Source: an uncultured Chloroflexia bacterium
GTDB taxonomy: Bacteria; Chloroflexota; Limnocylindria; Limnocylindrales; CSP1-4
Direction of reading: 5' to 3'
Assembly (NCBI GenBank): GCA_963780375.1
Contig: CAWABV010000008.1
Location: 1,002,052-1,066,051, forward strand
DNA length: 64,000 bases
The notes under the pieces were generated by a model, which saw nothing but the letters and a program-made list of their open reading frames with translations, searched no databases and was not told the DNA's origin. The position numbers and the translations under genes are program-made. The first letter of the stretch is position 1. Every line of letters begins with the position of its first letter. Of the stretch, positions 8,758 through 17,650 are shown in pieces.

Positions 8758-9924
8758 ATCGCGTCGCTCGCTTCGCTCTCGGCCCTCGACCTGCGCGGAT
8801 ACGCGTCGGTCGACGCGACCTTCGAGCCCGGCGCCCACCTGATCTGGGGACCCAACGCGGCCGGCAAGACGAGTCTCCTCGAAGCCATCGCGTTGCTCGG
8901 CTGGGGCCGATCCCACCGCACGAGCTCCGACGGCGAGCTGATCCGCTGGGGACGGGATCTCGCCCGAGTCGAGGGTCGGGTGGGGAACGACGTGCTCGAG
9001 GTCGCGATCCAGCGCTCGGGCGCCGACGGATCCGGTGGGCGGAAGCGGATCCGTGTGAACGGCGTGGGCCGACGGGCCGGCGCTCTCGGGCGTTACCTGC
9101 GGGTCGTCCTCTTCGCGCCCGAGGAGATGCTGCTCGTCATCGGCTCGCCATCGCTCCGGCGTGCGGCGATCGACGCCCTCGCCGTGGCGCGGTTCCCGAC
9201 GTATGCCGACGACCTCGGGACATACGGGCGGACCCTCCAGCAGCGGAACAGCTTGCTTCGGGCGATCCGCGAGGAGCAGGCGACACGCGACCAATTGCAC
9301 TTCTGGGACGGAACGTTCCTCGATACCGGCGGTCGAGTCGTCGCGGCACGGCTGGAGCTGATCGACGAACTGGCGCGACCACTCGCCGCGGCCCACAGCG
9401 AGATCGCCCCGGATGAGGCCGCCGCAGGGGCACTCAACTTGCGCTACGTCACGAATGCGCCGCAGCTCCCTGGGGAGAGCCCTCGGGACGCGCTCGCCAG
9501 GCGCCTCGTCGATACCGCCGAGAAGGAGATCTGGAACGGGTCGACGGTCATCGGACCGCACCGCGACGACCTGGCGTTCGATCTCAACGGACGCGACCTG
9601 GCCGGGTTCGCCTCCCGCGGCCAACAGCGGACCGCGATCCTCGCATTCAAGCTGGCCGAGCTCGACCTGCTGACCGCGCTCGACGGCCACCCGCCACTCC
9701 TGCTCCTCGACGACGTGTTCAGCGAGCTCGACCCGGAACGACGGTCGCATCTCGTCCGGCGGATCGCGGATCTGCCGCAGGCGTTCGTGACGACGACCAC
9801 GCCCGACGACCTGGACCCGGGCCTCCTCGCCATCGCCCACGGCTGGGAGGTCCGGCCGGGCGAGGCGGGCGCGGACCTGCGGCCGGCCCAGGCTCGAGCG
9901 CACCGCTCGGCGAGCCCGGCCTGA
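8758..9924 (+). CDS. recF: DNA replication/repair protein RecF (start codon unresolved)
   Basis: The in-frame translation from 8758 is IASLASLSALDLRGYASVDATFEPGAHLIWGPNAAGKTSLLEAIALLGWGRS... (Walker A). The C-terminal signature reads LLLLDDVFSELDPERRSHLV. The track ORF (TTG 8893) would delete the P-loop, so the true start is upstream. Confidence 0.8.
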   Translation: MASLASLSALDLRGYASVDATFEPGAHLIWGPNAAGKTSLLEAIALLGWGRSHRTSSDGELIRWGRDLARVEGRVGNDVLEVAIQRSGADGSGGRKRIRVNGVGRRAGALGRYLRVVLFAPEEMLLVIGSPSLRRAAIDALAVARFPTYADDLGTYGRTLQQRNSLLRAIREEQATRDQLHFWDGTFLDTGGRVVAARLELIDELARPLAAAHSEIAPDEAAAGALNLRYVTNAPQLPGESPRDALARRLVDTAEKEIWNGSTVIGPHRDDLAFDLNGRDLAGFASRGQQRTAILAFKLAELDLLTALDGHPPLLLLDDVFSELDPERRSHLVRRIADLPQAFVTTTTPDDLDPGLLAIAHGWEVRPGEAGADLRPAQARAHRSASPA

Positions 9925-9935
9925 CCGTTGGCGGC

Positions 9936-10268
9936 ATGAATGCGCCACGCCGACGCCCCATGCGCCGCATCGGCGACCTCATCCCCGACGCGGCCCGGGC
10001 CCTCGGCCTTGAGGACGAGCTGCGCCTCGCGCGGGCGATGACGACGTTCGAGGCGATCGTCGCCGAGCGTGTCCCGGCCGCGGCCGGTGCGTGCCGCGTC
10101 GTCCGGATCGAGGGTTTCGCGATCGACGTCGAGGCGGACGCGCCCATCGTGGCCCAGGAGCTCCGACTGCGCTCCGGGGAACTGCTGGCGGCGTTCGCGG
10201 CTGCCCCAGGAGGCATCGGGATCCGGGACCTTCGTGTCCACGTTCGTCGCGGAGGACCCCGCGTATAA
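9936..10268 (+). CDS. dciA: DUF721/DciA-family protein (predicted replicative-helicase operator in the recF-downstream slot)
   Basis: A small basic protein immediately 3' of recF. MRRIGDLIPDAARALGLEDELRLARAMTTFEAIVAERV...CRVVRIEGFAIDVEADAPIVAQELRLRSGELL fits the DUF721 pattern and the conserved dnaA-dnaN-recF-DUF721 synteny. Confidence 0.6.
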   Translation: MNAPRRRPMRRIGDLIPDAARALGLEDELRLARAMTTFEAIVAERVPAAAGACRVVRIEGFAIDVEADAPIVAQELRLRSGELLAAFAAAPGGIGIRDLRVHVRRGGPRV

Positions 10269-10364
10269 TCCCTCGGACCTGCCTGCCATCTCGGGGCGAA
10301 CGTCACGCCGATCCGGCCAGGGATCGTCCCGTCGCCTGACCAAACCCTATCGAGAGAGGCCCGC

Positions 10365-12608
10365 ATGGCCGCCCGTCTCCAACTGAAGCTAGGGATCGTC
10401 GCCGAGCACGACCGTCTCGACGACTCGCCGGACACGCTGGTCGTCGTCGAACCCAGTGTCGGGTCCGTCGCGCGATCGAAGGGCAACCTGTATCTGCTGG
10501 TCACCTCGCGGACCAGCTCGCGCCACGCCCTGGAGGCGACGCGGCTCGCCGCCGAGACGATCCGGAACGAGTACTACTACGACGAATCGGCGGGTATCCG
10601 TGTCTGCCTGCAGAAGGCCATCGCGACGGCGAACAAGCGGCTCCTGCACCAGGCCGACCGGCTCGCGCTGAAGTCGCCGGAGGGCAACGGTCCGATCGGC
10701 GTGGGCGTCGGGGTCGTGCGTGGCAACGAGATGTACGTCGCCACGGTCGGTCCGGCGGAGGCCTACCTGATCCGCCAGGCACGCCTCTCCACGCTGCCGG
10801 ATCCCCACCGCGAGCGCGGGCTACCGTCGAACGGCCTCGAACCCGAGGTCTGGCGCGGCGAGGTGACCGTCGGCGACTCGCTCGTGCTGATCTCGCCGAA
10901 CATCGTCGCCCGGCTCGGTGCGGACGAGCTCAAGGACGCGATGGTCACGCTCCATCCGCAGTCGGCGATGGAGCACCTCCACCAGCGCTTCAGGGCCGCC
11001 GACGGCTCGGGTAGCGACGGAGCGATCGCGTTCGAGGCGACCGAGGTGGCACCCACCACCCGCGGCCGCTCCCTCGTCCCGGTCAAGCCGGCCGAGCCGC
11101 TCGCCGGTGCGCCCGATCGCTCGCCGATCCCCCTTGCCGATAACGTGCAGGCGGCCGGCGCCGCCGTCGCATCCGCTGCCGACAGCGCCCGGACGGTGGC
11201 CGGGACGGCCTTCGAGCGGACCGTCGCGCGTCTCCATGACCTGCTGCCGCGGCGGCGACCAGCCTATCGCCGGGTCACCCCGCTCGCCTCACGCCGCGAG
11301 ACCCAACGCCGCGCGGCGATCGCCGTCATCGCCCTGCTCGTCGTCGTGGGCAGTCTGGCGATGTCGGTCTGGGCGTTCGGTGGCCGGACGCCGCAGGGCG
11401 CCATCAGCTCGATCAACGCGGGCCAGGCTGCGCTCGACAAGGCGGAGGAGAACCTCGACCTCGTGTCCGGTCCAGGCATCGACCTCGTGAGCGACGATCG
11501 CGACGAGGCGCTCCGGCTGCTCACCGAAGCCTACGGCGAGCTCGACAAGGCGGAGGATGCCAGCGTCAGCTCGCGGGTCATCGATCCGGTCCGGACGAAG
11601 GTCGTCGCGCTCCTGGACCGCGCCTATGGCGTCGTGGACGTGGCCTCGACGCCGCTGTTCCGGTTCAAGCCCGCCCAAGGGGCGGCCGCGTTCGACCTCC
11701 GCACGCTCGTCCGGGGTTACGACGATGCCCCGTATGTGATCGACCGGGCGACCAGGGCGGTCTACCGCGTCGATCTGAAGCGCAAGCGGGCGACCAACAT
11801 CGCCCGAAACGGCAAGGCGATCGGCAGCACGCGGATGGCCACGCCGAGGCTCCTCGCCGTCGGTGGTCGCGATCTGTTGATCCTCGACAGTAAGAACGCG
11901 GTCTGGAAGTGGCGGGCCTCGAACGACGCCGGCAAGGGGACGACCAACCGCGTCCAGGTCAACGGCGCCAGCCAGTGGGGCAACGACATCCTGTCGATCG
12001 GCACGTATCTGCGCGACTCGAGCCGCGGGCTCTACAACCTGTACGTGGTCGACCCCTCGGAGCAGCAGATCCGGGCCTATCCGCCGTCGGCCGACGGGGG
12101 CGGCTTCCCGGCCAAGTCCTCCGCGTGGCTGGCCACGGCCCGCCCGTTGGAGCAGATGACCGGCATGTACATCGACGGCGACATCTACGTCACCGAGAAC
12201 GGCGTCCTCGACCGCTACACCTCGGGCAAGAGCGACGCCTGGGAACCGGGCTCGCCCGGCGACGAACTACTCCGACCGACGACCAGCGAGGTCATCGTCG
12301 CCGGGGCCGGCGCCCGCAACGAGGGTCACGTGTACACGTTCGACCGCTCGAACGACCGGCTCCTTGCGTACGACAAGCGCACAGGCGACTTCGTCGCGCA
12401 GTACCGACTCAAGGATGGCGAAGGCTGGGCGGATCTCCGGGCGATGTACATCATCCCGGGCGTCGAGGACCAGCCCGACCGGCTCATCTGGCTGTCCAAG
12501 GATGCCGTTAACCAGGCCGTGCTCCAGGCCGCTCCCGAGACCGCTGGCGCGTCCCCGTCGCCGTCCGGTGGCGCCAGCGGCTCGCCGTCGACCGCGCCCA
12601 GCCCCTGA
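10365..12608 (+). CDS. PstP-like bitopic membrane protein: cytoplasmic degenerate PP2C-like domain, one TM helix, extracytoplasmic beta-propeller-like repeat domain
   Basis: The N-terminal region aligns to PP2C motifs, but the metal-binding residues are replaced: LYLLVTSRTSS at the DGMGG position and GVGVGVVRGNEMYVATVGPAEAYLIR at the GTT...VANVGDSRAYLLR position. A TM helix AAIAVIALLVVVGSLAMSVWAF follows. The C-terminal repeats read AVYRVD.., LYNLYVVD.., MYIDGDIYVTENGVLDRY, HVYTFDRSNDRLLAYD. Confidence 0.5.
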   Translation: MAARLQLKLGIVAEHDRLDDSPDTLVVVEPSVGSVARSKGNLYLLVTSRTSSRHALEATRLAAETIRNEYYYDESAGIRVCLQKAIATANKRLLHQADRLALKSPEGNGPIGVGVGVVRGNEMYVATVGPAEAYLIRQARLSTLPDPHRERGLPSNGLEPEVWRGEVTVGDSLVLISPNIVARLGADELKDAMVTLHPQSAMEHLHQRFRAADGSGSDGAIAFEATEVAPTTRGRSLVPVKPAEPLAGAPDRSPIPLADNVQAAGAAVASAADSARTVAGTAFERTVARLHDLLPRRRPAYRRVTPLASRRETQRRAAIAVIALLVVVGSLAMSVWAFGGRTPQGAISSINAGQAALDKAEENLDLVSGPGIDLVSDDRDEALRLLTEAYGELDKAEDASVSSRVIDPVRTKVVALLDRAYGVVDVASTPLFRFKPAQGAAAFDLRTLVRGYDDAPYVIDRATRAVYRVDLKRKRATNIARNGKAIGSTRMATPRLLAVGGRDLLILDSKNAVWKWRASNDAGKGTTNRVQVNGASQWGNDILSIGTYLRDSSRGLYNLYVVDPSEQQIRAYPPSADGGGFPAKSSAWLATARPLEQMTGMYIDGDIYVTENGVLDRYTSGKSDAWEPGSPGDELLRPTTSEVIVAGAGARNEGHVYTFDRSNDRLLAYDKRTGDFVAQYRLKDGEGWADLRAMYIIPGVEDQPDRLIWLSKDAVNQAVLQAAPETAGASPSPSGGASGSPSTAPSP

Positions 12609-12623
12609 CCGGGGAGACTCCCC

Positions 12624-13346
12624 GTGATCCCGCTCCACGACGCGAACCCGACCCGGCGGACACCGGTCATCACCCTCGCGATCGTGGCCGCGTGCGCGCT
12701 CGTCTACGGCTACCAGCTGCTGCTGTTGTTGGCGAACGGCGGCGAGGCGGCGCTCGCCGCCTTCATCACGCGCTGGGGCGTCGTCCCCGCCGAGCTCGTC
12801 GCGGCGTTCCGGGCGGGCGCGGTGGCCTCGATGGAGTCGCTGACACTCATCACGAGCCAGTTCTTGCACGGGAGCCTGGTCCATATCGGCGGGAACATGC
12901 TGTTCCTGTGGATCTTCGGCAACAACATCGAGGACCGGTTCGGCCGCTTCCGATTCCTGGCGTTCTATCTCGTCGGCGGCATCGTGGCGGGCCTTACGCA
13001 GGTCGCCATCGACCCGACATCGACCATCCCCACGATCGGTGCGTCCGGTGCTATCGCGGCGGTGCTCGGCGCGTATCTGGTGCTGTTCCCCCGCGCTCGC
13101 GTCACGACGGCTGTCTTCCTGATCTTCTTCTACCAGCTCATCGAGGTCCCGGCCGTTATCGTGCTGGGGTTCTGGTTCGTGCTCCAGCTGTTCGACGGAC
13201 TCGGCTCGCTCGGCGCGATGGGCGCGGCGACGACCGGAGGGGTCGCATTCTTCGCCCACATCGGCGGATTCGTGTTCGGGGCGGCCGTCGCGCTGCTCTA
13301 CCGGCTCAGCACGAGCGGGGGTCGGCTCGGTCGCACCGTGGGATAA
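12624..13346 (+). CDS. rhomboid-family intramembrane serine protease
   Basis: Six TM segments. The catalytic Ser lies in GASGAIAAVLGAY and the His in FFAHIGGFVFG. The conserved HGSLVHIGGNMLFLWIFG is also present. Confidence 0.85.
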   Translation: MIPLHDANPTRRTPVITLAIVAACALVYGYQLLLLLANGGEAALAAFITRWGVVPAELVAAFRAGAVASMESLTLITSQFLHGSLVHIGGNMLFLWIFGNNIEDRFGRFRFLAFYLVGGIVAGLTQVAIDPTSTIPTIGASGAIAAVLGAYLVLFPRARVTTAVFLIFFYQLIEVPAVIVLGFWFVLQLFDGLGSLGAMGAATTGGVAFFAHIGGFVFGAAVALLYRLSTSGGRLGRTVG

Positions 13347-13354
13347 TCGGGCCG

Positions 13355-13909
13355 ATGGACGACGGCTTGATCGAGATGGTCGTGGAAAGCGTCCGCGTCC
13401 ACATGCTCTCGAGCCGCCATGTCGTGATCCTCAAGGAAACGGGTCGCGAGCGGTACCTCCCCATCTGGATCGGGCCGTGGGAGGCGAGCGCCATCGCGAT
13501 GCGCCTCCAGGGGCTGACGCCCGAACGCCCGCTCACCCACGACCTGTTCGCCAGCACGCTCGAAGCGGTCGATGCTCGCGTGGCGCGCGTGATCATCTCG
13601 GACCTCGCTGACGAGACCTTCCACGCGCGGCTGTTCGTGGAGCGGGATGGCCACGTCGGCGAGATCGACGCTCGACCGTCGGATGCGCTCGCGCTGGCCG
13701 TCCGGGTCGGAGCGCCGATCTTCGCCGTGCCGTCGGTGCTCGATCAGGCCGGACTCGGCGCCGACGGCGGGATGGGCGAGGAGGGCGAGGGCGAGGGCAG
13801 CACCCTCGAGATGACCGGCGAGCAGATCGTCGACCCGCGGCTCGACGTCTTCCGGGAGTTCGTGAACTCGCTCGACGTCGATCCCGACGCCGAGGACCGC
13901 CAGAGCTGA
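13355..13909 (+). CDS. bifunctional nuclease (BFN/DUF151) family protein
   Basis: ATG at 13355. The protein reads MVVESVRVHMLSSRHVVILKETGRERYLPIWIGPWEASAIAMRLQGLTPERPLTHDLFAS...ARPSDALALAVRVGAPIFA with an acidic C-terminal tail. Confidence 0.7.
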   Translation: MDDGLIEMVVESVRVHMLSSRHVVILKETGRERYLPIWIGPWEASAIAMRLQGLTPERPLTHDLFASTLEAVDARVARVIISDLADETFHARLFVERDGHVGEIDARPSDALALAVRVGAPIFAVPSVLDQAGLGADGGMGEEGEGEGSTLEMTGEQIVDPRLDVFREFVNSLDVDPDAEDRQS

Positions 13910-13910
13910 C

Positions 13911-13929
13911 GCGCGCCGATCCGGCGCGC
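13911..13929. terminator. perfect 8-bp GC hairpin (GCGCGCCG-atc-CGGCGCGC) between convergent genes; candidate bidirectional terminator
   Basis: The sequence gcgcgccgatccggcgcgc starts 2 nt after the TGA of the nuclease gene and ends 8 nt before the stop of the convergent GT2 gene. Confidence 0.4.
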
Positions 13930-13936
13930 CAAGCCG

Positions 13937-14728
13937 TCAGCCGCCGGCGTCGATGATCGGCCGGCCGCGGCGCATCGCCCGCGACCGATTCGCCCACATC
14001 GCGAGCCGCGTGCGCCAGAAGTCGCGAACGGCCCGAAAGACCACCTGGAGTTTCGCGCCAGTGGGCGACCCGGCTGTGCGTGGATAGTGGGGGACGCCCA
14101 CCTCGACCACCGACCGACCGTCGGCCCGTAGCCGGATCAGGAGCTCCGCGGAGAAGAAGGCTCCGTCGGACTCGACCCGGACGCCCGCCAGCGCCTCGCG
14201 CCGGAACAGCTTGGAGGCGCAGTCGACATCGGTGACCGTGAGACCGAAGAAGAGCCGGTTGGCCAGCCGGTACGCACGGGCATACAGCGTCCGAACGAGG
14301 GGATCGGCGCGCTTGATCCGATACCCGACCACGACGTCGGGCTGATCCGCGCCGGCCAGCCGCTCGGTCAGGCGGCCGAGATCCTCGACACGGAACTGGC
14401 GATCGCCGTCGGTGAACGCGACGAGCTCGTAGCGTGCCGCGCCGAAGCCCGACCGGAGGGCGGCGCCGTAGCCGAGGTTGGTCGGATGGTGGACCGCCCG
14501 GACGACGCCCGGATGTGTAGCCGTCAGCTGGTCGGCGAGGGCCCGTGTCCGATCGCGCGAGCCGTCATTGACGGCGATGATCTCGAACGTCTCGGCGATG
14601 ACCGGCAGGCTCTCGAGCGCCTCCTCGACGAGGCCCTCGATATTCGCCTCCTCGTTATGCGCCGGGAAGAAGAACGAGAGGCGCGCGACGCGTCCGGGTC
14701 CCGTCGGTGCCGCCACGGTGGCCGTCAC
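13937..14728 (-). CDS. GT2 polyprenol-phosphate glycosyltransferase (dolichol/polyprenol-phosphate mannose/glucose synthase-like)
   Basis: LSFFFPAHNEEANIEGLVEEA...IIAVNDGSRDRT...NLGYGAALRSGF...FTDGDRQF is the GT-A DXD/ED architecture typical of Ppm1/DPM1/GtrB. Confidence 0.85.
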   Translation of the reverse strand: MTATVAAPTGPGRVARLSFFFPAHNEEANIEGLVEEALESLPVIAETFEIIAVNDGSRDRTRALADQLTATHPGVVRAVHHPTNLGYGAALRSGFGAARYELVAFTDGDRQFRVEDLGRLTERLAGADQPDVVVGYRIKRADPLVRTLYARAYRLANRLFFGLTVTDVDCASKLFRREALAGVRVESDGAFFSAELLIRLRADGRSVVEVGVPHYPRTAGSPTGAKLQVVFRAVRDFWRTRLAMWANRSRAMRRGRPIIDAGG

Positions 14729-16227
14729 TCGCCGGCCTCACGACTACGGATGACGCGACCGAGCAGGCTCGTATCGAAGCCGTCGATCTGCTCGACGACG
14801 TAGCGCTCGGCGATGCCGCGGATCTCCGATGGCTCGATGCGGATCACATAGACCGGCCGGGTCGGCAGGAATCGGTCGATCACTTGGTAGACGTCTCCCA
14901 GGTCGAGGTCGAGGCGGGTACGGTCGTCGATGATAAAGAGGTCGCGCCGTCGACCCTCGATCACTTGCGCATACCAGAGTGGCGTCGAGTAGCTCCACCA
15001 GCTCACGATGACGGCATTCGGCTCCATACGCGCGAGCGTCTGGTCCAGCCAGCGGGGCGCGGAGAGATCGCCGCTCCGGTCGACGACCCGGTAGCGATCC
15101 CCGAGCTCGATCGTGGTCGGGACCAGGAGGACGATGGCGAGGACGACCACGACCACCGGTTGCATCCGGCGGCGGCCCTCGTCGTCGAAGCCCCTCCCGG
15201 CCAGCCGGGCGATCCCCTCCGCGAGGGTCGCGAGCCACGTCCATCCCATCAGGACGGGAACGACGTAATAGCGGTCGATCATGGCGTTGACGTAGGACGC
15301 CGCGAAGAAGCAGGTGAGCGCGACCGCCGAACCGGTCAGCAGCGCATACCGCGGCTGCCGGAGCACGGTGACCGCGAACGCGAAGGGCAGGAGGACGGCC
15401 AAAGGCCCGAACGCGTCGATCGTGCGGAGCGCGAGGTCACCAGCCTTGAACGCGAGGTCGTCGAACGGGCCGAGAAGGGCTCCGCGGAATTGCTCCGCGA
15501 GCGCGATGTACCAGAAGCCATCCCATGTGTCGGGACGGCCGTATATCAACGGCGCAGGGAATGGCCCGGCCCGGAGCGGCAGCTCGAGGTAGACGAGGGC
15601 AGTGGTGAGGACGGCGGCGACCAGACAGCCGACGACGAGGCGCGGCCGCCAGAGCATCTCGGGATCGACCACTGCGACATAGAGGAGGATCGGCGGCAGG
15701 AAGAGCAGGGTCAGCGAGTGGTTGCCGGCCGCGAGCCCGAATACGACCGCCGCCGCCATGAGGGTCCGGTCCCGTCGCCCTTCCTCCCAGGCCACCAGGA
15801 GTCGCAGCAGGACGGCGCTCAGTGCGAGGTGCAGGGCGTGCGCCTCCGCCTGGGTACCGACCTTCCAGACGATGCCCGTAAGCGCGAGGCCGAGCCCCGC
15901 CATGACCCCGAGAAGGGCCGATCTCGTCAGCGCCCGGACGAGGTCGACCGTGACCGCGGCGGCCGCCGCTACGCACAGGCCCGCGAACAGGTTCATGCGG
16001 AACGCCGGGTCGCCGAACGGGCTCAGGAGGATGTTCGCGACCCACGCGAGCAGGACGTAGGTCGGGAAGCCGGTCGGATGGGCTGTGCCGAGCACCGGCG
16101 CGACGACCTGCAGCTCGGCGGTATCCCAGTACCCGATGCCCGGCAACATGGCGAGCCGCTCGGCGATGAACGCCACGATGCCGACCGCCAACGGGGGCAG
16201 CCACCGCCCGGCCGCCCCGCTCACCAT
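14725..16227 (-). CDS. DUF2723-family polytopic membrane glycosyltransferase (GT-C fold, TMEM260-like)
   Basis: The complement ATG at 16227 sits 1 nt after the stop of the upstream GT-C gene. The signature reads GIGYWDTAELQVVAPVLGTAHPTGFPTYVLLAW, with many TM helices. Confidence 0.65.
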   Translation of the reverse strand: MVSGAAGRWLPPLAVGIVAFIAERLAMLPGIGYWDTAELQVVAPVLGTAHPTGFPTYVLLAWVANILLSPFGDPAFRMNLFAGLCVAAAAAVTVDLVRALTRSALLGVMAGLGLALTGIVWKVGTQAEAHALHLALSAVLLRLLVAWEEGRRDRTLMAAAVVFGLAAGNHSLTLLFLPPILLYVAVVDPEMLWRPRLVVGCLVAAVLTTALVYLELPLRAGPFPAPLIYGRPDTWDGFWYIALAEQFRGALLGPFDDLAFKAGDLALRTIDAFGPLAVLLPFAFAVTVLRQPRYALLTGSAVALTCFFAASYVNAMIDRYYVVPVLMGWTWLATLAEGIARLAGRGFDDEGRRRMQPVVVVVLAIVLLVPTTIELGDRYRVVDRSGDLSAPRWLDQTLARMEPNAVIVSWWSYSTPLWYAQVIEGRRRDLFIIDDRTRLDLDLGDVYQVIDRFLPTRPVYVIRIEPSEIRGIAERYVVEQIDGFDTSLLGRVIRSREAGE

Positions 16228-17624
16228 CCGAGGATGCGACCCCAGATGACGCCCCACGCGTTGACCATCACGGACAGGACGATGAGGCCCATCGCCAGCG
16301 GCATCGCCCAAGCCGCTCGTCGCGCTCGATCGACGAGCCAGGAGAAGCCTATGGCTACGAGGACCAGCGCGAACGGGAGGACATCGTTACTGAACCGATA
16401 GCCGAACTGGACCCAACCCTGGCTGAAGTGCATGAGGTTCGCCACGGAGACCAGCGCGATCGCGAGCAGGGCGGCGACGACGATGCGGCGCCTCCTGCGG
16501 TCGAACCAGGCCGGGATCGCGAGCAGGAGGGCCGGTGTCGTCAGCAGCACGCTCATGCCTGTGTCTCGAGGCAGCGCCAGCGGGCAGTCGGGGTCGAAGA
16601 GCCCGCGCGTCCCACCGGGCGCCGCGCACAGCGGCCGATCGATCGTGCCGAGCGTGTCCTGGAAGCGCTCCGGCATGAGCGTGGGCGTGGACAGCAGCAT
16701 GATCGCGAGGTTCTGGGGCAGGTACCTGGGGTCCTCCGCGGTCCAGTCCGGGTGGTAGCCGAGACGGGTGTACGCCCGGGACTCGAGCTGGTAGAGGTGG
16801 TCGTAGGCCGGGTGGAAGACGTGGCCGGTCGAGACGACGTTGTAGATCACCAGCGCCGCCACGGGGATCGCCGCGCCGAGCGCGACGGCGACGCCGCGCC
16901 GTCGCCAGTCCCGGCCCGGCGCAACGAGGACGAAGAACGGCAGGGCGAGGATCACGGTGAGCCGCGCCGTCGCCGCCACGCCGATGAGGAAGCCGTTCAT
17001 GACCGCGCTCGGGAGGGTCCGGCGCCCCGCTCCACCCGAGGCTCCATCGCCGCCCCGCGCCGCAGCGTCGCCCGGGGCTCCCTCACCGCCCAGCGCCAGG
17101 CCGACCGCCAGCATCGTCAGCCCGACCGCCACGATGTGCGCCTGGTACCAGGTCGTCGTGTTCTGCGCCGCGTACCAGAAGGCGGTCCCGAAGGCGAAGA
17201 CCACCGTCGTACCGGCACGGACGACGATCGAGACGCCGAGCCGGCCGATCATCCACCAGCACAGCGCGACGTCGACGGCCGCGAAGATCGTGAAGATCAA
17301 CTGGTCATCCGCCTGGAGACCGAAGGCGGCCACGAACGGGATCACCACGAGGGCCGGCAGCGGCGGGAAGGGGATCAGGCCGCGCTCGCTGCCGGCCACT
17401 CGTCCGATGGGCAGGACGTCCTGGAAGAGGTAGTTGCCGAATCGTTCTGCCGTGTTCAGTACTGGATAGCGGATGCCGGCCTGACCCTCGAGGAACGCGG
17501 CGGCCTGCCACACGAAGTGGTCGTAGTAGCGCGGGACGAAGGTGAGTCGAAAGACCGCGAACGCGGCTACCGCGAGCGCGATCCCCGCCAGCGGGACGAG
17601 GACCGACATCGCCCGCGACGTCAC
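16221..17624 (-). CDS. GT-C superfamily membrane glycosyltransferase (ArnT/PMT_2/GT87-like)
   Basis: Polytopic, 467 aa, with the first-loop acidic motif ...NYLFQDVLPIG... It forms a 4-nt-overlap chain with the downstream DUF2723 and GT2 genes. Confidence 0.6.
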   Translation of the reverse strand: MTSRAMSVLVPLAGIALAVAAFAVFRLTFVPRYYDHFVWQAAAFLEGQAGIRYPVLNTAERFGNYLFQDVLPIGRVAGSERGLIPFPPLPALVVIPFVAAFGLQADDQLIFTIFAAVDVALCWWMIGRLGVSIVVRAGTTVVFAFGTAFWYAAQNTTTWYQAHIVAVGLTMLAVGLALGGEGAPGDAAARGGDGASGGAGRRTLPSAVMNGFLIGVAATARLTVILALPFFVLVAPGRDWRRRGVAVALGAAIPVAALVIYNVVSTGHVFHPAYDHLYQLESRAYTRLGYHPDWTAEDPRYLPQNLAIMLLSTPTLMPERFQDTLGTIDRPLCAAPGGTRGLFDPDCPLALPRDTGMSVLLTTPALLLAIPAWFDRRRRRIVVAALLAIALVSVANLMHFSQGWVQFGYRFSNDVLPFALVLVAIGFSWLVDRARRAAWAMPLAMGLIVLSVMVNAWGVIWGRILGW

Positions 17625-17650
17625 TACTCGGGGCCGGGGGTCGTCTCGGG

